Origin: an uncultured Gemmatimonadales bacterium
GTDB taxonomy: Bacteria; Gemmatimonadota; Gemmatimonadetes; Longimicrobiales; RSA9
Reading direction: 5' to 3'
Assembly (NCBI GenBank): GCA_963798085.1
Contig: CAWCRS010000008.1
Coordinates: forward strand, 224,001-288,000
Length of the DNA: 64,000 bases
A model generated the notes under the pieces. That model was not told the origin of the DNA. It did not search any database and worked only from the letters and a program-made list of their open reading frames with translations. Of the stretch, positions 18,582 through 29,200 are shown in pieces. The number at the start of each line of letters is the position of its first letter. Position 1 is the first letter of the stretch. The position numbers and the translations under genes are program-made.

Positions 18582-19624
18582 GCCGCACGCCGCGCGAAGG
18601 CGGGTCCGAATCCATGCATATGGGCAACGCCGTGCTGCTGGCGCACGTCCGCCACGTGCGTTCGCTGCTGGCGCGGCTGCGCCAGCCGGACGCGCCCCTC
18701 TGGCGCCTGGCGGGGGATGCCGAGGCGCACCTGCGCGTGCTGACACCGCAGTTCGCGGCGCTCGAGGTGGACCCGTTCGCTGGCCTGCCGGCCGTGGCGT
18801 ACGAACAGCCCGTTGAGGGCGACGACGCACCCGCCCCCGTCCGGCGCGAAGTGGAACCGCCGTTGCCGCCGCCGCGTCCGGCGACGTCTTTGGAAGCAGC
18901 GGCCGAGCCTCTGCGTTCGGCGAACCCGGCCCGCGCCGGCGAGGTCGCGCCGAAGGGCCAACACGGTGTCAGAGGTGCCGTGCTGCCACTCTCGCCTCGC
19001 CGGCGGTCGCGCGCAACGGCGGCGGGCTCGGCGGGCAGTCGCGCGCACGCGCTCGGCGCCATCGAACCGCCCGCTCCTCCGGCTGCAGCCGCCCGGGCCG
19101 ACGCAGCAGGACCGCCAGCCGTGGCCGCTAATGTCGTGTCAGTAAGCGTGGAGAACGCGGGCGTTGTCGCGCAGCCGATGGATCTGGGTGCGCTGGCGGC
19201 GCGGGTGCTGGCGCAGGTCGCGGCAGAGAAAGCGCGCACGGCGCCGGCCGGGCCGGGCACGCGCGATCGACTGACACGGGCTGCGCCGCGGTCCGCGAGC
19301 GGGCCTGCTGCAGAGGCGGCGCTGCGCGGCGCCACGCTGCGCCCCGCCGTTCCCCGCAGCGTCGCGCGCGACAGGCGAGCCGGCAATGTACCGTCGGCCG
19401 ACGCGAGTCCCCGGGCAGCGCTGCTGCCATCATTGCCCGATGCCGCGCGCCCTGTGGCGGCGCCGCTGGCCGCACCTGTCGACGGGGCTGCGCGCGAGCC
19501 CGGGTTCTACTTCGACCCGCTCGCGCCGCGTGCGGCGGTGGCGGACGAGGAAGAGCTGCTGGCGGAGCGGGTCGCGCGCGTGCTGCACGAGCAGGCCCGC
19601 CGCCAGGGAGTGGACCTGACGTGA
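18578..19624 (+). CDS. Pro/Ala-rich low-complexity tail-associated protein with short helical caps
   Basis: Overlaps the chaperone stop. Disordered middle; C-terminal EEELLAERVARVLHEQARRQG helix. Start uncertain. Confidence 0.55.
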   Translation: MSRTPREGGSESMHMGNAVLLAHVRHVRSLLARLRQPDAPLWRLAGDAEAHLRVLTPQFAALEVDPFAGLPAVAYEQPVEGDDAPAPVRREVEPPLPPPRPATSLEAAAEPLRSANPARAGEVAPKGQHGVRGAVLPLSPRRRSRATAAGSAGSRAHALGAIEPPAPPAAAARADAAGPPAVAANVVSVSVENAGVVAQPMDLGALAARVLAQVAAEKARTAPAGPGTRDRLTRAAPRSASGPAAEAALRGATLRPAVPRSVARDRRAGNVPSADASPRAALLPSLPDAARPVAAPLAAPVDGAAREPGFYFDPLAPRAAVADEEELLAERVARVLHEQARRQGVDLT

Positions 19625-19657
19625 CGCGCGGACTGCGCCGCCGTCCGGACTGAAGCC

Positions 19658-22600
19658 ATGGCCACGGTACTCGAGCAGATCCAGGCTGCGCTGTCCGGCA
19701 ATGACGCGAACGTTCGCGTCAGCGCGCAGGCCGGCAACCTGCAGGGCATCGGCGGCCTGGTCGCGGGTCTCGCGAAGAGTCCGCCCGCGCAGATCACGAA
19801 CCTGCAGCGCGCCTTCGCCGCGCTCGAGCTGCCCGACTTCCCCCTGGGCGATTTCGTCTCGCGCATCAGTGACGCGCGCGCGGCCCTGCCCACGGATGCG
19901 GGGGGCGCGCTCAGCGGCGTGCTGGGAGATCTCTCGAACATCGAGCAGGAGTTCAGCGGCGGCATCGCGTCGTCGCTGGCCAATGCACTCGTCGCCTTCG
20001 AAAAGGTGCAGGCGCTGGCCGACATCCGGTTCCACTGCACGAATGGCGCAGGCAGTGCACCGGCGGGCGGCGGCAGTGCGGGCGGAGCGGGCGGAGCGGG
20101 CGGCGCGGGCGGCGCGAGTGGCTCAGGCGGTGCCGGTGGCACGGGCAGCGCCACGGCGCCGCCGCCCACACCCATGGCGCTCGCGGTGGCGCAGGCTGAC
20201 AGCGTGTTCGACCGACTGCCGGTGCCCTTCGATCTGCGCGCGCTGCTGCGCTTCCTGCACGACAAGACAGCGTTCCGCCGCGAACCGCTGTTCCCGGCGG
20301 TGCTGCCGCTGTTCGACGATCTGCGCGATCCGCTGGACACGCTCATGGTGTGGGAGTCGCTGACACCGGCGCAGGTGCTGCAGCAGATCGCGACGGCGCT
20401 GCAGGATGCGAACACGCATGTACGCACGGGTGTGGAGCGCACGCTGGGTCCGCTGTTCGCCGACCTCGATGGCTTCATGGCCACCATGCCGGCGGCGGAC
20501 CTCGCCCGCATCGCGGACCGCATCACCATCCGTCTGGGCGAGCTGCGCGCCGCGGTGCAGGCCGGCAATGTGGGCGGCACAGGCGGGGCCGTGAGCGAGA
20601 TCGGTGCGCTGCTCGACGAATACGATGCGCTGCGCCCCGCACTGGCGCCTCGCATCAATGCGGTGCCGGCGCTGCGTACACGTCTCGCCGAAGTGGCGGA
20701 GGATCTGGACCTCGGCATGGCCAGCATGGTCTCGATCCTGAAGCCGGGCGGCGGCGCGCTCACTCGCCTGGCCATGCCGCGCTTCGAATGCGCTGAACCG
20801 GCTGCAGATCTGGGCGCAGGGCATGGCCGACTGGCTGCACAATGTGGCCGGCGCCATTGACCTCTCCGCCATCCAGGGCCCCATCGGCACCATCGCCGGC
20901 CGCGTCGAGTCCGTGGCCGAGGGGCTGCAACAGGGCATTACCACGATCACGGTGGACGTGCAGAGCGTGTTCACGACCGTGCAGTCCGTGATCGACACGC
21001 TCGATCCTGCGCAGCTGCAGGCGGAGGTGCAGGCCGCAGTCCAGCGTTTCCGCGACGAGATCATTGCGCGTGTCAGCGCCCTGGTCGGCCCGGCGCGCGC
21101 GGCGGTGCTTCAGGCTGTGACCGCGATCGATCAGGCCGTCGGTGCATTCGATCCGGGCAATGTCATTGCGGCCATCTCCGCTGCCATCAATGCGCTGGCC
21201 GGCGTGCTGGGCGATGGTCCCATCGGCCAGGCCATGAGTGCCGTGCACGATGGCCTCGAAGCGGTGGCGAAGCAGCTGACGGCGCTCTCCTTCACACCCA
21301 CCGCCGACTCCGTGGTGAGCGTGATCGACTCCCTCCGATCCACGCTCGAGGCCATCGATCCGGCTCTGCTGCCCTCGCCGGCAGCGGATGCGCTCAAGTC
21401 CGCCGCATCCGTGCTGCCGGGCGATCTCGAGCCCATCACGGATCCCATCATCGACAGCTTCGGCGAGATCGTGGACAGCGGGCCGACCCCGGTTCTCGAG
21501 CAGGTGCGCGATGCGCCCGCGCAGTTGCTCGAGGCCGTGCGCAGCTTCGATCCCGAATCGCTGGTCGGCGATCAGCTGACGGGACCGTTCAATAGCGTGC
21601 TGCGCTCCATGGAGCAGTTCCGGCCGAGCGATCTGCTGAAGCCAGTGGGCAAGGAGCTGGACGCCTTCAAACAGCAGCTGCGCAAGGCAGCCAGTCCGGG
21701 GCGCGCAGCGCAGGCGCTGCAGGCACCGTTCGACGCGCTGAAGCAGACGCTCGCGAACTTCGATCCCAATGCACTGGTGCAGCCGCTGCAGGGGGCGCTC
21801 GCAACCGTGCGCGACGGCCTGCTCAAGGTTGTGCCGGTGGATGAGACGTTCGCCATCATCGACGAAGGTCTTGCCGCCGTCCAGCGCGTGCTTGACACCA
21901 TGGACGCGGTGGTGCGAGTCCTGCGCCGTGTGCACGAGGCTGCGAATTCGCTCGTCGGTGTGCGCGGACAGCTGGACGCGTGGGTGAACAATGTACTGGC
22001 GCGCGTCGAATGGCATTACGGACACGTCGAGCCTGGTGCCGTTGCTGGACAACCTGCGCACCGCGCTGGATGGCACGCGCGCGTCGGCGATCGGTCCGCG
22101 TTTCGCCGCGGGCACGGCCACGGCGCGTGCTGCGCTCGACAGCGTGAACGGCACGACCCGTCTCGCGTCGCTGATCCAGGCGCATCGTGCCATCCCGCGG
22201 CCCGCGCTGCAGGCGCTGCCGGCCTCGGCGCAGAAGACCGCACTGCAGGCGGTGCTGGATCGCTTCGATCCACTGCTGCCCGCGTTCGGTTCGCCATGGC
22301 AGCAGCTGGGCGCGCTGCGCCAGGGACTCGTCGAGGGTGACGCCGAGCTGCAGGCGCTGCTGCCCGTGTGGGACGATCGCTTCCACTTCGCGGGCGGCTC
22401 ACTCGACGAGCTGCGTCAGGCCCAGCCCACCACGGCGCAGTTGCGCGCGTTCGCGCAGCAGGCGCTCGAGACGCACTTCGTCGAGCCCATTGCCAACGCC
22501 CTGTCGTTTCTCGATCCGGCAAGAGAGTTCCTCGATGCTCTGCTGACTCCCTTCGAGGATCTGATCACCACGCTGCACGCGCGCCTGGCCGCACTGCTCA

Positions 22601-23121
22601 CGGGCCCGGCATCACTCACGGCGATTCGCGATGGGCTGGGCCGCATCGACGACCTGGTGAAGGGACTGGACCTCGAGTTCCTGCGCACCAGCCTGCACAC
22701 GCTGTTCGACGACATTCGTCACAAGCTCGACGACGTGAGCCCGCAGAAGCTGGCGGAAGCGCTGGACAGGAGCTTCGCGGCGGTGCTGGACGGCATCACG
22801 ATCGATCTGATCCTGCCGCCCGCCAATGTGAAGCAGATCGACAAGACATACAGCGACGTGGTGGAGAAGCTGCGGTTGCTCGACCCGTCGCACATCGTGA
22901 ACAATGTGGTGAAGCCGCTCTTCGAGCAGAAGGTGGTGCCGCTCGTCGACAAGTTCGACGTCTCGCCCTTCATCGACACGATCAACGATCGCCTGGGTTC
23001 GCTCGACGATGAGCTGCGCGCGGAAATCGGGCATGTGAATCAGGCGTACATCAAGCTGCTCGCGGCACTGCCCTCCGGCAGTACGCCGAGTGCCAGCGTG
23101 TCCGTCTCGGTAGCCGCATGA
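19658..23121 (+). CDS. Long amphipathic alpha-helical protein A (~1153 aa after repairing +1 insertions at ~20787 and ~22009); tape-measure-like
   Basis: Three consecutive ORFs (19658, 20823, 21991) align end to end with the intact paralog at 26217-29669 (e.g. REPLFPAVLPLFDDLRDP / NEPLLPAVIPVWDDLRDP; DSGPTPVLEQV / DSGPVPVLEQV). The 3464 nt span minus 2 is a multiple of 3. Confidence 0.8.
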
Positions 23122-23146
23122 GCAGACGAGCGGCAGGGCGGTGCGC

Positions 23147-25615
23147 ATGGTGATGGGCGAAGTGCTGACGCAACCGCAGCGCATGCGACGCGCAACCGTC
23201 ATGGATCCGGGCATTGCCCTGATCAATGACCTGACCAGCCTGGCCACACGACTCGCGCAGGACGCGGAACAGAGCGCTCAGCTTGCGCAGGTTGCACGCA
23301 GTGCGCTGGAAGACGCAGTCCGCACACTGGTGCAGCAGCGGCTGGGAGCGCTGAAGTCGGTATTGCCGAAGCTGGCGGACTGGCTGCTGCGCGTGCTGCG
23401 CGCGACCACCGGCATCGGGCCCGAGCTGATCCCCACGTCTTCCCCCGCGGGTGTGCTGTCTCTGATCAGCCAGCTCATCGACACGATGGCGCAGGCGGCG
23501 CAGAACGGAAATGCCGCGCGCATTCAGCCGTACGTCGCCGAGCTGCTGGGCATCGTGCAGCACGATCTGGGGTTGAGCCTGCCCGCGCTCGAGACTGCCT
23601 TCTGGGGCGTGATCGACTCCATCATTGCACGTCTCGAGGCACTGCCGCTCGAGGCGGATCGCCGCGAGCGCGAGAACCGGCTGGACACGATTCGCGCACT
23701 GCGCCGCATGCGCCGGCTGGTACGCGGCCGGTTCCCGCTGCCCGCACTGGATGCCGATCGCATAGCTGATGCTCTGGCGGCAACGCTGCGCACCATCGAC
23801 GCGGCCGCGCTGGGCCGCGCGGCGCAGTGTGTGGCCCAGGCGATCGAGAAAGTAGCCGATGCGGGCCAGGCCATCGAGCAGCTGGTGCCGCTCGGCGCGC
23901 TGACCGGGTTCCGCAGCCTGGGCGCGGCTGCCGCGGTGGCCAGTGGGGAGACCTACTGCTGGTACGCCAGCTGGCTGTATGAGGAGGACGTGATCATCAA
24001 TGCGGCGGGCACGGAGATCCGGCGCGGCGACACCGTCATTGCCAGCGGCACGGGCCTGACCTTCGCCAGCATCCCCGACTTCACGACGGCCACGCCACAC
24101 TACACCTTCAACTGCGTCAGCCTCGCCACCATGGAGACGCTGACCAACGTCGTGTTTGTGCTGGCCGACGCCATCATCGTGGTGTGCCATCTGGTGTCGA
24201 TCGAAACTGGCGACGTCGCTTCCAATGCCCTGAATGTGGGCGCCTTCGGCTTCCTGGGCGTCATGGGCAAGCTGGTGGGCAGGAGTCCGCTCGCCTCCAG
24301 CGGTGTCGAGGACTGGGTCTACCCCCTGGCGGCCTCGTTCGCGGGCTCGTTCCAGGGTATTCACACGAAAGCGTCGGGCGGCAACATCTTCCTCATGTGG
24401 GTGACGCTGTTCCTGCCCGACTTCATCGAGGCGGTCATCTACAAGCAGGTCTCGCTCATTGCCCGCGACCTGGTGCTGTCGCTGCTGACACTGATCAACT
24501 ACGACGGGCCGCTCGAGTCGTCCGGCTCACCCGATACGCGCCCGCTCAACCGCATTCACATCGACGGCGTGGCCTGGGTGGGCGAGTGGCTGGGCAGTCT
24601 GGTATTCATGACGTTCTATCCCCGCGAGGAGTACGCGCAACCCTTCGCCTCGGGCGGGCACGCGGCCAAGTTCTTCCTGTTCTGGGACCTGTTCCTTAAC
24701 AACCTGTTCTACGTGCTGGGCCGGCTGGTGGGCTGCATCCTGGGCATGTCGGTGGCGCAGGTGTTCGACTTCGACACATGGGTGAAGCCCATGCCGCTCA
24801 AGCTGCTGCTGCTCAATCCGCTCATGTTCATTGTGAGCCTGTACATGGACAAGGAAGGGGACACGAAGGACGGACATTACAACCCGACCGGTGCGGAATA
24901 CGCCGGTTACCCGGACAAGGCGTCGTCGCCCTATCAACTGCCGTTCCCGAAGGACAACACGTACTACCTGGTGCAGGGCAACCAGGGATTCTTCAGTCAC
25001 CACCACCTCAATTTCGATCAGCAGTACTCGTACGACTTCTCCATGGACCAGGACGATCCCATCCTGGCCAGCCGCCCGGGCACGGTCGTCGATTATTTCG
25101 ACTGGATCAAGGACAACACCAATCCGGACACAACGGATATGACTGCGGCGACGACGGAAGCGACCGCGTCCGGCTTCCTCGTACCCGGCCAGACCACGTC
25201 CGACAGCTGGAACTTCATTGCCATCCGCCATGATGTGGACGATGCGGGCGCCGCGCTCCCGCCGGATAACACGCACGACAAGGCGGCGGGCGGCAGCGTG
25301 GTGACGACGTACGCGATCTACGGTCACGGGCGGAAGGGCAGTGTGCGCGATGCATTCCAGGCGAGGGGCGTGGCCGCCAACGCGATCATCGGTACGAAAG
25401 TCAAGCAGGGCCAGCGCATCATGCGCTCCGGTGACACGGGCGTGAGCTTCAACAATCACCTGCACATCATGGTGCAGGAAGGGCCGGCGAGCACGACGGC
25501 GCCGCCGGTTTCGCGGGGCGCGCTGTCGCAGCCGACGCTCCCGTTCGTGTTCAAGGACGCGGGCGTGCCAAAGCACCTGGACTGGTACGAGTCGAGTGTG
25601 ACGGAGGTAGTCTGA
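23147..25615 (+). CDS. Helical N-domain + multi-pass hydrophobic region + C-terminal M23 metallopeptidase, paralog 1
   Basis: QGNQGFFSH..YSYDF, ILASRPGTVV, YAIYGH and VKQGQRIMRSGDTGVSFNNHLH. Several hydrophobic segments; no signal peptide. Confidence 0.82.
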   Translation: MVMGEVLTQPQRMRRATVMDPGIALINDLTSLATRLAQDAEQSAQLAQVARSALEDAVRTLVQQRLGALKSVLPKLADWLLRVLRATTGIGPELIPTSSPAGVLSLISQLIDTMAQAAQNGNAARIQPYVAELLGIVQHDLGLSLPALETAFWGVIDSIIARLEALPLEADRRERENRLDTIRALRRMRRLVRGRFPLPALDADRIADALAATLRTIDAAALGRAAQCVAQAIEKVADAGQAIEQLVPLGALTGFRSLGAAAAVASGETYCWYASWLYEEDVIINAAGTEIRRGDTVIASGTGLTFASIPDFTTATPHYTFNCVSLATMETLTNVVFVLADAIIVVCHLVSIETGDVASNALNVGAFGFLGVMGKLVGRSPLASSGVEDWVYPLAASFAGSFQGIHTKASGGNIFLMWVTLFLPDFIEAVIYKQVSLIARDLVLSLLTLINYDGPLESSGSPDTRPLNRIHIDGVAWVGEWLGSLVFMTFYPREEYAQPFASGGHAAKFFLFWDLFLNNLFYVLGRLVGCILGMSVAQVFDFDTWVKPMPLKLLLLNPLMFIVSLYMDKEGDTKDGHYNPTGAEYAGYPDKASSPYQLPFPKDNTYYLVQGNQGFFSHHHLNFDQQYSYDFSMDQDDPILASRPGTVVDYFDWIKDNTNPDTTDMTAATTEATASGFLVPGQTTSDSWNFIAIRHDVDDAGAALPPDNTHDKAAGGSVVTTYAIYGHGRKGSVRDAFQARGVAANAIIGTKVKQGQRIMRSGDTGVSFNNHLHIMVQEGPASTTAPPVSRGALSQPTLPFVFKDAGVPKHLDWYESSVTEVV

Positions 25616-25619
25616 TCGC

Positions 25620-26213
25620 ATGAAGATCAAACCGATGCTCGGCGACTGGGAGGTGCCTCACATTGCAGGCATCGAGACGCTCGAGCGCCGCGAGCTGGCG
25701 GAGCTGGAGATTCCCGGGCGCACGGGCAGCCTGTTCCAGGACCTGAACGCCGCGCCCACGCGCATTGCCATTCGCGGCAGCCTCTTCGGCGATGCGAACC
25801 GCGATGACTTCCTGCAGCAGGTGCGCGACAAGTTCCGCGCAGGCGAGCCGGTCACGTTCGTCGCCGACATCATTACCGCGACTGAGGTGCAGTACGTCCT
25901 CATCGAAACCATGCATTTCGCGGAGAGCGGTGTTGCGCCCGATGAGACCAGCTACTTCCTGGTGTTGCGCGAGAGTCCGCCGCCGCCACCGCCACCGGAC
26001 CCACTGGGCGGCCTCGATGCGGGGCTGCTGGATCAGGCGGGCTCGCTGCTCGACACGGTGACGGGCGCGCTCGATGCCCTCGACGCGCTGGCCAACATTC
26101 CCGACCTGCAGGATCCCACGCCACCGCTGCGTGGCATTCTGGACGGTGTGTCCGGCGCGCTCGATGGACTGGGCGGCGTGACCGGCTCCATCAGCGATCT
26201 CTTCGGCAGCTGA
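25620..26213 (+). CDS. Tail tube initiator / baseplate-proximal protein (Mu gp43 'DNA circularization' N-domain / P2 gpU-like)
   Basis: RRELAELEIPGRTGSLFQDLNAAPTRIAIRGSL..GEPVTF..VLIE..YFLVLRE, then a poly-Pro linker and a helical tail. Confidence 0.72.
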   Translation: MKIKPMLGDWEVPHIAGIETLERRELAELEIPGRTGSLFQDLNAAPTRIAIRGSLFGDANRDDFLQQVRDKFRAGEPVTFVADIITATEVQYVLIETMHFAESGVAPDETSYFLVLRESPPPPPPPDPLGGLDAGLLDQAGSLLDTVTGALDALDALANIPDLQDPTPPLRGILDGVSGALDGLGGVTGSISDLFGS

Positions 26214-26216
26214 CGC

Positions 26217-29200
26217 ATGGCGACCGTCTCCGCGCAGCTCGACGCCAGCATGGCCGGCAATGATGTGTCGGCACGCGTGGGCACGCAGATCACGCAGCTG
26301 AACGGCATCGCGACGCAGCTGGCCACGCTGATCCAGCATCCGCCCGGTGCTGTGAACCAGCTGTTGCGCGCGTTCGGCGATCTGCCGCTGCCCGAGTTCC
26401 AGGTCGCGGCGCAGCTGTCCACCCGGCTGATCGAGATGCGCGGCGCCGTGCCCACCGATGTCAGTGGACTGCTGCGTGGCGTGCTCGATGGCATCGCCCA
26501 ACTGCAGACCGACTTCGGCGGTGCACTGGGTGGCCAGCTGGCGAAGGCGCTGCTGCTGATCGAGCGACTGCACGCGCTGACGCAGATCGACCTGCGCTGT
26601 CTGGGTGGCGCTTCGTCGAGCACGGCGACACTGACGGCGGGCGGGGCAGCGGGCGCAACTGGCGCGAGCGGCGTGGCGGCGGCGACCGGCACGAGCGCGG
26701 CCACTGCACCCTCGCCGTCCGCCACGCAGGACACGGTCGCACGTGCTAACACGATCCTCGATGCCATACCGCAGCCGCCCGGCATCGAGGGTGTGCTGCG
26801 CTGGGCGCACAGCGGCACCGTGATCGAACGCAATGAGCCGCTGCTGCCCGCCGTGATCCCGGTCTGGGATGATCTGCGCGACCCCGTGGATACGCTGATC
26901 ACGTGGGACACCATGACACCGGCGCAGCTGGGCGTCGAGCTGACCACGTCGCTCACCGACACGGCCGCGTTCCTGCGCGAGACGCTGGCACGCGAGCTGG
27001 AGCCGCTGGCCGCGGACATCAGCGCGCTGCTGACGCCGCTGCCGCAGGCGGATCTCACGCGCATTGCGGATCGGCTGACCGCGCGTCTCGTTGCGATCGG
27101 TGCTGCAGTGCACGCCGGCAACCTCAGCGGCATGAGTCCGGCCGCGACGGAAGTGCACGCGCTGCTCGATGAGTACAGCACATTGCAGGCGACACTGCCC
27201 GTCACGCTCGCGACCGACGCGACGCAGCTGCGGGGCCGGCTGGCCGAGCTGGCGGATGATCTGCATGAAGGCTGCTGCCACGCGATCTCGATTCTGCGTC
27301 CGGGCGGCGCGGTCCTCATCAATCTTCCGGCCGGCCTCGAGGCCAATGCGCTGGCGGACCTGCGCAACTGGCTCACCGGCGTTTCCGACTGGCTGGAAAA
27401 TGTGCTGAGCGCCGTCGATCTGGACGCGCTGCAGGCGCCCATCAGGCAGCTGGCGAGTGGTGCGCAGGGTGTGGCCGCTTCGCTGGATGAAGCCCTGGCC
27501 ACGGTCGTGGTGCAGGTGCAGAGCCTGTTCCAGCAGCTGGAATCGCTCATCGATGCGGTCGACATCGCCGCTATAACGACCAGCGTGCAGACCGCGATCA
27601 CGCAGTTCCGCACCGAGGTGGTGCAGCGCATCACGGGTGCGCTCGCTCCTGCGCGCACGGCGATCGAACAGGCCGTTGGCGCACTCGCCGCTGCGGTCAA
27701 TGGTTTCGACCCCGCCGACATTGTGGCCGCGCTGCACGATGCCATTGACCGGGTGGCGGGCGTGCTGCAGGACCCGGGCGTGACCGCGGCGATCGGCCAG
27801 ATCAAAGGTGTGATCGACACCGCCACGCAGCAGGTGCAGTCGCTTTCCTTCACGCCCGTGACCGATCAGGTGATTGCCGTGATCGATGCGCTGAAAGGGA
27901 AGGTGCAGGAGATCGACCCGGCGCAGCTGCCCGATGCCGCAAAGGCGGCGTTAGCGGCGGCCGCGCTGGTGCTGCCCTCCGATCTGCAGCCCATCACGGA
28001 CCCGATCGTGGTGGATTTCAGCGGTCTGGTGGACAGCGGACCCGTGCCCGTGCTGGAGCAGGTGAAGCAGCAGCCGGCGAAGCTGCTCGAGCAGGTGACG
28101 CGCTTCGAGCCGTCGAAGCTGATCGGTGATACACTGTCGCAGCCGTTCCAGAAGCTGCTGCGCGACCTGGATGCGTTCCGGCCGAGCAAGCTGCTCAAGC
28201 CGCTGGGCAGGGAGCTGGACACCTTCAAGCAGACGCTGCTGCGCAGCGCCTCGCCCAGTCGTGCGCTGCAGCCTCTGGCCGGTCCCTTCGGCGAAGTGAC
28301 GGCCGCACTGGGCCGGCTGGATCCGACACAGCTTACCAAGCCGATCGACGACGCACTGGCCGAGGCCGGCAAGAAGCTGTCAGACCTGCTGCCCGTGCAG
28401 GACCTGTTCGATGCGATTGATGCAGTGCTCGGCGCCGTACGCCGTTTTCTCGACAGCTATGACGCCATGCTCGCGCTGCTGCGCCGCCTGCACGGGCTCG
28501 CCGATGCCCTGGCGAATGCGCCCGCCGACCTGGTCGCCTGGATCAACCGCGTGCTGGACAGGATCGAGCAGGTGCCGGATCCCGCGGCCGTCAATCTGGG
28601 CGTCGTAGCCCTGCGTGATGCGGTCGATGCGACGCGCGGCGCCGCCATCGGGGCGCGCTTCAATGCGTTGACCGCGACATCGCGGGCCGCCTTGGACAGT
28701 GTCGATGGCGGGAACCGGCTGTCCGCGCTGATCACGGCGTATCACGGCGTTTCGCGACCCGCGCTCGAGGCATTGCCCGACTCGCCGACGCGCACATCGC
28801 TGCTTGCGGCACTGGACCGCTTCGATCCGCTGACCCCCTCGTTCGGTGCGCCCTGGCTGGCATTGGGTCAGTTGCGCAGCGCAGTGGGCGGCGCCCGCGC
28901 GGCGCTCGAGGCGCAGCAGAGCCAGTGGGACACCGACTACCACTTCGCGGGCAGTGCGCTCTCCGATCTGCGACGCGATTCCGCCACACCGGCCGAACTG
29001 CGCGCGTTCGCGCAGGAGCTGCTGGACGCGCAGCTGGTGCAGCCGATCGCGGCCGTGAGTGCATTCCTGGAGCCGGCGCGCGTGGTCTTCGGCAGCATTC
29101 TCGACGGCGTGGAAGATCTGCTGGGCCGCGTGCGCAGCCGCCTTGATGCGCTGCTGCTCGGGCCGCAGTCGGTGCAGGGTCTGCGCGATGCCATGGGTGA

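Noticed and set aside
19658..23121. Pseudogene, three separate genes, or programmed frameshifting
   Set aside because: Both breaks are the same GATG-to-GAATG change seen in unrelated genes. There are no slippery heptamers or in-frame stops after repair, and the repaired length matches the intact paralog.
25551..27853. Long antisense ORFs (728 aa and 606 aa; similar ones at 43976-45922, 8610-10073 and elsewhere)
   Set aside because: Shadow ORFs expected in high-GC coding DNA. They have no motifs and fully overlap well-supported genes.
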